Assembly: GCA_021613535.1 (NCBI GenBank)
Contig: CP075493.1
Span: forward strand, 9,920,001-9,984,000
DNA: 64,000 nt
Origin: Adineta vaga
Lineage: Eukaryota > Animalia > Rotifera
Direction of reading: 5' to 3'
The translations under genes were made by a program, and so were the position numbers. Position 1 is the first letter of the stretch, and each line of letters starts with the position of its first letter. This document shows positions 13,632 to 24,397 of the stretch, in pieces. Under the pieces are notes generated by a model. It did no database searches. It was not told the origin of the DNA and saw only the letters and a program-made list of their open reading frames with translations.

Positions 13632-14226
13632 TTGTTTGTTTCGTTTTCTTATTCTTTCTAGTCATTCGTCAGTATTCTCTTGTTTCAGACATTAGAATTA
13701 TGTATTTACTTAGTTTTTGTCTACGTATATCAATAAAAAAATCAAATCCCGGTTTAATTTACATAAGAAATCAATTGTATTTCTTTCGAATACTATCTTG
13801 AAAATGTGAGTGTGGAGTGAAGAATACTTTATACTTGAAGTTTGATTATAAACCTTTATTCAATCCACACAGAATAAATATACGATCGAAAAACAATACA
13901 TCTGATATATCGTTCAAAGAGATATATTCACAAAATTGTCTGAATATAAGTATATTTTAGCATAAATCTCCGGAAGAAATTTCGATTGGAAAATCCAAGA
14001 AAAAAGGGAAGGTGTTCTTTTGAGTATTGCTCATTTCATAATCTTTTGTTTCGTTCATTCATTCATATACGACTGCAAAGTCAATAATACAAGAGCGAGC
14101 ATTGTCTAGGCGGACGGTTGAGTTCACACCTTTGCAGTGCACTTGAGAAAGAGAAAAAGAAAATTTCTATATATATTTATGTATACATACATGGTTCATC
14201 TTTCATACTCTTGAACTTTAACAAAT

Positions 14227-15972
14227 ATGGATTGTAACCTTGCACATATTCTCAACATACCCGACGAAATATTGCTGAATATTTTCACGAAATTTACTAA
14301 TATTGATGTTCTATATTCCCTAGTTGGTATTCATGAGAAATTTGACAGGATCGCATATGATAGCAAGTTTACTGAAATTATTGACTTAACTGCTTTGTTA
14401 CCAGATGGCTCGTACGGTTCATTGGAAGATGATATTATCAATCGATTTTATACAGTTCTGTTGCCTCGTATTCATAACAACGTAAAATCTCTTACTGTTC
14501 AAGCAAGCTCATTTTTGAATATTATTAGTATGAATAGTTATCCGAATTTGCACATGCTCACTCTTCACAATCTTGGATACAACGTCGCTTCCCACATTTT
14601 TACTGGTAAGTTGTTTGATTTGTATTTTGGAATAGATTATTAAAATATTTCCCCAATTCTCTTCTTTTAAGAAAACTCTCCGTTTGTTTATTGTTACAAA
14701 CATCAGATCACACATTTAGTCATGACGATTAAGGATGACTTGCGAATTAGATTAATGGAAGTTGCTATGTCTCAAATTTATGGTGCTATTTCTATGTGGT
14801 TTTCAAAGCTTCAGTATATTAGTGTCGATGGTCATGCTCATATTTCTTATACACGAAGAATACTCAGCGGTTTATCACCTTCGCGATGTTATTTTTCAGG
14901 TGTCGTTTATTTATCTATTAAAATACATGATCTTGATGATTGTTTTTGTCTACTTGATGGTGGTCTTCGTCAACTAGAAGCCTTATGTGTGCAACTTGAT
15001 AATCTTCATTTTTCACGAATGACTATCAATGACGAGGTAAACAATTATAGATGAGTCAATTTATTTGAATGTATAAAGATAGCAATCAATAAATACATGA
15101 TTATACTTTAGAGCACTTTGCGAAAACTGAAATGTTTTTCATTCAAATTATGTCGTCCAACTATGGACTTTCATCAAAAACTTGTGCCAATTCTTCGTCG
15201 AATGTCAAATTTAGAAAAGTTATCGTTGTGTTTTTTGGTATGCCAACAGAATTCATTTATTGATGGTAATTATCTCACTAATGATATTACTTGTCATATG
15301 GCACGTCTTCGTGAGTTTACATTCGATATTATCAGTGATAACACAAGCATTAATGTGTATCCTAAACCATCTTCTGATGATATTCGACGTACATTTATAG
15401 ACAATGGATATCACGCTGACTGTTATATTGATTATAGTGATATGAATGATACGATAGGACGATGTCATATCTATTCACTCCCATTTACGATGAAAAGTAT
15501 ACAACGTGTGACTTCCAAATTTCCAGGTGGAACCTTTACGAATGTTCGTCGTCTACGTATTTTGGATTTTGAGCGCTCTTTTGAAAACTCATTCTTCGTT
15601 AAAATCTCACAATCGTTTCCTTTATTACATCTTTTGTCAGTATCAAATACAATAGAACGATTGGAAAAACCATCACATCGAGCGATGAAAAACAAAGACA
15701 CATCTTCGGTCATTGAATTTCCTAATCTTATGGAAATTTATCTGGTAGATGTGCATATTGACTATGTGGAACAATTTCTTTGTTGTTTGAATACTCGACT
15801 ACCTAGTCTTAGTACGCTTCATGCTCACTATGAACAATTACTAACTGTTACAAAAAACTTCACAAGGAATGAAACACGTATTAATTGTGCAAAAGTAAAA
15901 GATGTTTATTTATCCGAAGGAATGGATTTGGTACATTCAAGAAACTTTTATACGTATTTTCCTTGTCTCTAA
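14227..15972 (+). CDS. F-box-like/LRR-like protein, intact, 3 exons (14227-14605, 14672-15036, 15112-15972)
   Basis: N-terminal ILNIPDEILLNIFTKFTNIDVLYSLVGI (F-box-like), followed by degenerate LxxLxL repeats and CHIYSLPF...FTNVRRLRI...FFVKISQSFPLL. Exons join in frame. Confidence 0.75.
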
Positions 15973-16193
15973 AACCGTAGTATTTGTATATAATTATTTG
16001 TTATATCTGCTTATTATTATATAAATAAGTGAAAAGAATACTAGTTGTTCAAAAACAATCGTATTGTCTAGAGAATACTTTATGTTTTGTATAGTTTATG
16101 TGTCAGCCAGTCAGGCAATTTAGCTGGGATTGAAATCTTTACAAATAGCACAATATATTAATCTATTTTTTATATTTCAAGAGAAAAAAGAGA

Positions 16194-16418
16194 ACTGAGA
16201 ATTGTATAATATAGAAAAAAGAAGTTTTAACGATTATGATCATATGTTGTTGTTTTGATGAAAGATTGGAAATGATACAGAAAACTTTTCTTTTATTTAG
16301 ATAGGTTATGCTGACTGTGATCTTTTTTCATAGCGGGAATATGGGGATATTGAAATTCTATTTTCTCTTCTATTTTTTCGCGCGTTCCAATCTGAACTAA
16401 ATTCTCATGTCAACTGTG
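16194..16418. repeat. ~225 bp direct repeat, copy 2 (partner 11226-11465)
   Basis: Near-identical to 11226-11465. Confidence 0.95.
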
Positions 16419-16419
16419 C

Positions 16420-17495
16420 CATATCTATTGCTTGATTAGTAAATAATAAACGTAGATCAGTGATAGGATTATGAAAAAAACTCAAGTATTGCTATAACAC
16501 ATTGATGACGTTCGCAGGATAAATATATGCAACAAGAAATAAACCATTTTTATTTGATAAATTATATGGTTTAACATACCAACCGTCGAGAAATGGTTCA
16601 TTTGGTTGATAAACATGAGAACTCATTTGAACATATTCATAATGTGTGACATTAGGAATGGAATCAAATATAAAAGCTTTCTTTTCTTTTCCTTTAAATA
16701 CTTTTAAAATATATTTGCATGTATCATTCATAACAGTAATATAATCACCTAATTTATGATTATCTTGTAAAGTGTCGTACAAATCAAAATAGGCATGTGA
16801 AATAAAACGTAATTGTTGTTTCTCACGAGACAATCCAGTTCATTGTTGAATAATTTCTTTTAATTCATAGATGTAAGTATTTAAATTTGTTTCAATTTCA
16901 AACGATTTCTCTTTTACAAAATTACATTTAACGAGTAATATTTGAGTAGATTAAGACAGCCTTTTGATTTGATGATATACTATTCAGAAATAATGTTTTT
17001 GGTTCAGTGCGTTCATAAGAAATGGATTTTAATTTGGTGAAGTTTCCATTTGTCGAAGAACTTACTGTAAGATTAATGGTTATAATTATAAAGGATACAT
17101 TGAAATAATGATACAGTTCGATGCACGACTTGTTGAAAACTGCGAAAAGTATATTTATCTTTTACATATGAGAACATGCAAACATACTCAAACAAAATCT
17201 TATTTTTTCTTCATTTATAAAACGAAAGTGAGTTTTTGTTTTTCATCAATTCTAATCGTAAAAGTAATGTGGTTAAATACTTTTAGTTTTTTAGCATTTT
17301 TTTCTTTTATTCTTTCTAAATGATACAATTCGCTTCATACACTGAGAATACACAGATTATTTTCCTCAATACATTTAGCATATACTCCACATTTGAAGAC
17401 TGTGTTCCATTCATCTTCGTTTTTGAAAATCTCTTCATTGAAATTTGTCGAATGAATAACCCTAACTTCTCCTTTTCTATTTTGAACAATAAAAT
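16420..17495 (-). pseudogene. Decayed gene fragment with a ubiquitin-like domain followed by a possible lipase-class-3-like N-terminal segment
   Basis: 16950-16700 reads QILLVKCNFVKEKSFEIETNLNTYIYELKEIIQQ*TGLSREKQQLRF..LQDNHKLGDY, which aligns by eye to the ubiquitin fold, with TGA at 16840-16842. Then MSSHVYQ..DGWYVK..GLFLVAYIY..(frameshift)CVIAI. Several stops upstream. Confidence 0.55.
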
Positions 17496-17829
17496 CATAA
17501 TACATGCCACATATGTATTCCGTATTCATCATTTTCTTGTTCATTGTCCAAAGAATAGAATGAAGAATTTTGTTCTAAGACCATATCATCTCTAGTTTCA
17601 TGTTCTTTGAGATCTCTTGTAATTAGCTTTTTCCAAAACTTTGCTTTGATTGGAAACGATATTGACATTCCGAGAAGTATTTAGAAAGAGGATTGATTGT
17701 ATTTGTATCATACCAACTTTGAAGTGTTTGTAATGTTAAGCTAGAAGGAAACAGAGAAGCATCGGATCGAAGAATATTTTCTAATTTCGATCTATCTATT
17801 TGTTTCGAATAAATTTTATCTTGCACCAT
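17496..17829 (-). pseudogene. Frameshifted 5' fragment of a separate gene, possibly GNAT-like
   Basis: MVQDKIY..LENILRSDASLFPSSLTLQTLQSWY, then in a shifted frame GMSISFPIKAKFWKKLITRDLKEHE...YGIHMWHV, ending abruptly at ~17497. The family guess is from memory only. Confidence 0.35.
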
Positions 17830-18241
17830 ATTAAACAATTATCCGTTGTTAATCTGACAAATCAGAAAAAAAGAATATAAATATTTTATGCTTGAGGGCA
17901 AAGTATCGGAAGAAAGTACGAAGTGCGGACAAAAGAATAAGAATATTGTATTACATGTGATCTTATTTTTATCATTTTTCGAGTTAGACAATGAAGTCTA
18001 ATGAAGATAAACCTAACTAACAATTGTAATTTAAAGATGAATAATTGCTTTACTTGAATGCAGATATTGAATCTTTCAGATAAATAACAAAATAAAACAT
18101 TACATAAGAATATTATATAAGTTTTCGTTCGCGTATTGATAGTTACGTTGTCGAGTGATATCTTTTTGCATATCTTATTATAATTTTATTGGCTTAGGTC
18201 ACTTGTTTAAAAGTTCATTCGGTTTCAGAAAATTTCTGAAA

Positions 18242-19624
18242 ATGTTCAGCACTTTTCTATTCAATGTTTAAAACCGACTTATATAATTCGATTATATTAT
18301 AATTTAAGTGTAAAATGAAAAAACTTAATGATATGAAACAATTTCAAAAAGCTTTAGAATTTTTTTTATGAATATGAACGAACAAATCATGATATGATTA
18401 CAGATCTAGCTGTTAGTCACGCATTAAAATCTTGTACTAATATGAGAGATTTTCAAGCTGATTTTAATCTTCATCAATGACACTCATCTTTAATAGAAAA
18501 AAACAATTATTCATTAGCATCACTCACTCATTTTTATAGTTAGTAATAATACGTCATTTCTAATTCGATACCTAATTGCATATCAAAAGACATAAAAAAT
18601 GCTGAGAAAATTTTTCAAAAATTGAAAAATAAAACAGTTGATATTTACGATGCCATGATGCAAGGTTACATCCAAAATAATCAGGAACACAAAGCAATTG
18701 ATATTTCCTTTCAAATGTCAAATCCTAGTCCAAAAAATGTTTCGTTATTCTTTCATGCATGTGCACAAATTGGAAATAAAGAAACATTAACGTTAGTTAA
18801 GTAAGTCTTTTCAAATCTTCCATGTCATTATCAAATTGATCGATATATATTAACAACTGTTTTTAATGTTTTTATTAAATGTGATGATTTGTCAAGTGCT
18901 GAAGAAATTTTTCCTAAAGTTGCAACCAATACACTTAGTTATGGAAATTTAATGACTACATATAATGAAAACAATCAACCGAACAAAACATTAGATTTAT
19001 ATGAACAAATGAAAAGAAAACAAATTAAATTAGATTCAACCATTTCTTTTCTATTAATCAATGCATGTGCTGCTCTTGGAATCTATTCAATATGTCAATC
19101 GATTTTTGAACAAATTCCAAAATCATTTCTTAACAATATTTATATTAAAAATGCACTGATAGATATGTGGGTAAGAATATTGATAAATGAATGATGACGG
19201 AAGAAAAGTATGTTTTTATTCGTATTAGGGAAAATTGGATTGTATTGATAAAGCGAAGAATATGTTTGATTTGTTAGCACAACCAGATACAGTTGGCTAT
19301 ACGTCTATGAGTTAGTTTTAGGTAATATTTTAATAAATAAAGGATTTTTTTCATCATTTCAATTAGTTAATTCCTATGGATTAAATGGAATGGGATTGGA
19401 AGCAATTGAATTATTTTATCCGATGCCATCGCAATTAATTCTTGAAGAAACTTATGTTTGTATTCTGAATGCATGTTCATATTCAGGATTGGTGGAAGAA
19501 GCTCAAAAGATATTTTCAAAGATAAGAAATCCGACAGAAAATATTTGTACAACAATGGTCAGTCAAAAGAAAACTGTATTTGTGATATTTATTTCATTGA
19601 ATTTTAGGTCGATTGTTTTAGTAG
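18242..19624 (+). pseudogene. PLS-class (plant-like) pentatricopeptide repeat gene, disabled and 3'-truncated
   Basis: Spliced NALIDMW|GKLDCIDKAKNMFD..DTVGYTSM|INSYGLNGMGLEAIELF..TYVCILNACSYSGLVEEA..TTM|VDCFS. Introns 19171-19228, 19311-19366, 19558-19607. Stops at ~18268, ~18478 and 18802. Cut at 19624 by the ENaC duplicate. Confidence 0.85.
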
Positions 19625-21277
19625 TTCATCTCTGTCATTGTTGGTTTCTTTCGTAGAATTTGCCAGAATTTGAGCCACTGTACGCGTGAAAGTCGATAAA
19701 TCATTTCAGCAATTTCCATCAATGAAAGAAAACTAATACCAATCCAAAGACCTGTATGTCCACCAACATTAGAAATAACATCAACTGCACTAATAGTTGC
19801 TTGTTGATAATAAATTTCACTACGAGTTGTTTCATAGGCCACTTCTAATGAAACATAACTCGATTGAATCTCTGATATCCATGATGTTGACCAATTGTGT
19901 GGCAAGGGAACTCGTGATGATTCAACAAACTGTTTAATATTCTTCAACAGAGAAACAGGTGGTGCTAAAAGTGACGTTGATCGAGTGTTAAAAGCAATAT
20001 ATGTACAGTCTTGTTGACAAGGAGAACAATAAGTCGTCCAAATACTTTCTGTATTCATCATTTCTGATTCTGCTTGTCCATAACATGGATCACTTACATT
20101 ACAAAGTGGTATATGAATGGTTTGATCCGAATAAGGAAGTACTATAAAACGTGCATTCCACGAAAAAGGATTCCCACATCCACATTTTTGGTAGCTAGAA
20201 CAATGGTGTTTTTGTTGAAATAACAATTGAGATGAAATTATTTTCTTATTTACTTACACATACGATTGTGAACAAGTAAGAAAACATGCAATTTCTAAAT
20301 ATCCATAATCAGTACCATGATATTCATTAAACATTGCTTGCATTCCTGCAGTAAGTGCATTACTGCATACTGTATAGGGTGATGGTAAGAAATAACTCGT
20401 TTTCTTTTCATATCCTAATTTATGATGTTGACCAGGTGCAAGTTGTAGAGCTCTCATTTCAATATAGGGTAATTGTCTATTATCATGAACTAATACTACT
20501 GCTCCAATACCTGAAGAAAAGCGGAACACGAATAACATTGAAATAATGAAATTATCTGTTACCATCTGATAAATGAGGAACATATTGATGTTGATGAACA
20601 TAGAGACGTAATTTAAGTACACCATTTCCTCCATTATCAGTATTATACTTTAAAGTTTGACCAAAACTATCTTTCAATTGCGCATTGAATGTGTAACATA
20701 AACCATACCGTGATGATATAAACCACGTGAAATTAGCTGTTGTACATAACATTTCATTGTAAGAACAATATATCATCATTGATTCGAGTGAATAGAAGTA
20801 TTCATGTAGAGATTCATTACGATTGAGTTTCGATGTTAAATAATCATGAATATATGAAATTTGTTCATCAGTAAAATTTGTTGAATCGTTTGTGTCAGTA
20901 AAATGAAGTGTATTGGTATAGTTTAGAAACGGTTTAATAAAACGATCATAACGCAATGGAGAATAATTACAGATTGTAACTGCAGGAAACGCTTGTGGCC
21001 ATTCGCGAATAATTTCTATGGATGTTTGAGTTGGATATTCAAAATATGCTCGAATCGATTGAAAAATGAAATATGTCATTATGCCAGTAAAAATAAGCAA
21101 TGAAATCGACCAAAAAACTCGATTGTGTATACTTTCACTACGAGCAATACCTGGTATACCATGTGTGGATGTATTCAAACTGAATTCTTTGATTATTGAA
21201 CGAGCTTGTCGAGTTTTCGAATTTGTTTTTGTCTCATTTAAGTTGAACGATAACTTTCTTTTAGTACTTTTAATCAT
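19618..21277 (-). CDS. DEG/ENaC (ASIC-like) sodium channel subunit, 3 coding exons, C-terminus altered by the junction
   Basis: FSLNTSTHGIPGI (HG motif), TM1, YFEYPT, FPAVTICNYSP, YGLCYTFN, Cys-rich thumb, SNVGGHTGLWIGISFLS (TM2). First ATG at 21277. Stop TAA 19618-19620 lies in PPR antisense sequence. Confidence 0.9.
19625..20699. repeat. 1075-bp direct duplication, copy 2 (partner 10111-11185)
   Basis: Colinear with 10111-11185. Confidence 0.95.
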
Positions 21278-24141
21278 TTCATTTAATAATTGTATTTCTC
21301 TAGGACGACGCGTCGGGACAGTTATATATGAATAGAGACTAATAAAGTTGTTATAAATGTGCTTCCTATTTAAAGTAATATTCGTATTGCACACAGGTAT
21401 ACTTTATGAAATGTATTTAAATATCTTCATATTAATATTTCATCGTGAAACCTCATTGAAAAGATACACTCGATGAAATAGAAACCTATATTTATTCTAG
21501 TGACAAAAATAAGCATATAAGTTATTTTTTTTGCTCATTCTATAGTTTATGTCAATGTAAGTCATCATAGAAGAAACGATAGCAAGATTTGCACAAATTT
21601 AGTAGATGCATGTCGTCGATTATTTTGACAAATAAAAATATTATGAATATGTATAATATTCATTCAGAATTGAATATACGTTGAAAAGGTTTCATATAAA
21701 TGTAAGTAAAACATATTGATATTACATATGAATTGAATAATATTGTAAAGAAACATGACTAGTTATGCTAATGTAACAATAATCAAGTTTATGCACTTTT
21801 CATCCTTACAAAAAAAGGATTTATGGCATTTAAACTTTGAGTTCTTTGATACAAAATAGAAATACATTCAAACAAACTTGTTACATAATAGACAATGAAA
21901 GACATTGTGTTTTGTTTCAATAATCCGGTTAGATTATATCTATATTAATAACGATTATTGTGATTAGGATTAACTGCTACAGTGATTTTCCTGTTTCATT
22001 GACAAGGCAAAATCGCACTTCATATTGTCATAAATACCATGATTTTAGCATATATATATATATCTTCAAAACAATCTTTGACACGTCGTATAGAAATAAT
22101 GTAATGCTTGAGGTAGCAATGCATTCTGTTTCTGGGAAGTAAATAGTTTTTATGTTGGAATAAAAACAATATTGACAATATATTCAACGTTGAATTAAAA
22201 CTGTGCCAATTTTTTGCCGTGTTTCTAACAAATGGTATTATTAATCAAACAAAATATCTTTGAAGCACTTCAAAGGTATTTTCATAAATAGAAACTGTTG
22301 TTCGAAACGCTTTAATCTTGCATTTCTTTACTGTTGACAGTGATTTGTTGTTTTCACATGCCTTGGTAATAAACAACAGAAACGTAACAAATAGAGAAAA
22401 AAATAGTCAAAGCTGGTTTTTGCCCCAATTCGATTCAAGATGTAATATAAGATTCACTTTGATTCGCTATTAACAGATGTCTATCAGTGAAAATTGAAAT
22501 GGATATTACCATGTTGGAAAGAACCCACACTGATATTATGTTACTGATAAGCACAGATAGTCGAATCACTTTTTGATAACAAAGATAGGAAGACTTCAGG
22601 ATTTTATGAAAGATAGAAAAATGTATTTTCTGAGTAAAGTTTTCACACTCGATCATAGAATGAATGTTTCAGGTAAGTTATTGTAAAAAATAGATGAGAA
22701 GAATAAATCAATTAAGTATGTTTATACAAAGAAAAGGAGAAAACCAACGTTGTTTTGATGAAAATAAAACGTCTTAATCATATCGTAGAGATTTATCCAA
22801 TCATATGCGAATAACTTTTCGTTACTCGCTTGTGAAGTATTGGAAGTTTCCATGAGAAGATGAAAGGAATTTTCTAAATAATTTTCATTTGATTGGTTCT
22901 TTTACGCTTTGCATTATCCTCGTGGGTTATTATAGCATTCGAAGTCATTATAAAAATGAACGCGTTTAGTAGCAATGCGTTACTGATCAAAACACTTAAT
23001 ACAAATTTTACTCTCAAGATATTGATAGATCAACAACTGATCGAACTGCTTTAAAATTTCAATAATAGACCAGGTCAGTCTGTTTTCAAATACCATCATC
23101 CTATGTTGTCTCAATGGTCAACATTTAAAAAGTTCGAAAACTGAAGAATTTTTCAGCGTCCGAGCTATAGGTAAGCACAATTTTATCATCTCATTTGGTG
23201 ATCACAATGATAAGATATGTTGGAAACAAGAATAGAAGTATCTCGAATACATAGTTTTCTCAAAGCTAGGTTGAGGTAACTTAATTAAAAATGTAGAATC
23301 CAATGTTCGAAGAAGAGTAGCTCTAATTTATTCATTTAAATTGTTTGGGTGTTCAAGTCCTAGCTGTAAACAACAAGAAAATTTGTCTAAATTCTATTAT
23401 TCGTTATTAGGTCGTCTGCTTTTATGTCTGCAATGCAATGAAATTTTCATTGAAAAATCGCTGTGCTACATATTGGGATAGATATCTTGTAGTACTTTCG
23501 AATTCGACTGATGGTTTTTCTTTTTTTTTGAAAACGCTACTCTTTGCGAATTTTGTAAAAGTTGGTTAAATAGAGAGTTTTCTATGAAAGGATTATAAAT
23601 ATCAAAAATATCTGTTCTTCATTTCTCTATCCTAGAAAAAGTGATGGCATGGCTTTCCTCTATTCCTTTGAATTCTTCTGTTCTTCATTTTGACTATTGT
23701 GATATTCAACTGCTGCAATATTTCATTGATACATTTTGGTGAGCTTGTTCTTTGTATTAGAGATTGTTGTTCTCTTTGTTTTTCTATCACTTTTTTCATA
23801 ATGTTTGGATCGTTCGGTTACAGTTTTAAGCAAAATGATAAAAAAATATCATCATGCTATGTCGATTTGACCTGGTAGCAAGTGGCTAATCAACTCTTAA
23901 GTCAATATGAAAATTGCAAACCCTCTGATTCCAAGTTTTAGACACTCACTATGCTTCACTTGTTTAATTTACATCTAGGAAGTATATGAAACGACTATGC
24001 TATATATTTATTATAAATAATACATGTAAAATTATGCAATGCATACTTAAATGATTGATTGCACTCCATTCTTAATGAATCTTAGATAGATACTTTCTAT
24101 GGATATTATCTAAGCAATTAAAGGTAGAGAAAGGAAATGAA

Positions 24142-24320
24142 GTAAACAGGAAGTATCCACATTCGTTCATATCATGTTTCTTCATGAGTAACATGAATGA
24201 CTCATCGATAGTTAACAAAATTACTCTACGAAGAAATGACACAAAACATGATTTGTTCGTTCGAAACTACTTCCGTTATTTTTTTACATTTCCAACATGA
24301 TCAATATGACTTTATATAAA
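24142..24320 (+). promoter_or_regulatory. Probable TRAF gene promoter (TATA plus AP-1 and ETS-like sites)
   Basis: GTAAACAGGAAGT 24142-24154, palindromic ATGACTCAT 24197-24205, ACTTCCG 24269-24275, TATATAAA 24313-24320, then ATG 24398. Confidence 0.45.
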
Positions 24321-24397
24321 TATCTCACTAACTGCTCACATCGAGAACTATTAAGAATTTATAAACGAAATGACATCTGCAATCTAGTATAGATCGT

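Noticed and set aside
16840-18804. Stop-codon recoding or alternative genetic code to explain in-frame stops
   Set aside because: Stops are of mixed type and accompanied by frameshifts and truncations; all intact genes use the standard code.
10111-20699. LTR retrotransposon interpretation of the 1075-bp direct repeats
   Set aside because: The repeats are ENaC exons and introns, lack TG..CA ends, and the interior has no gag, RT or integrase.
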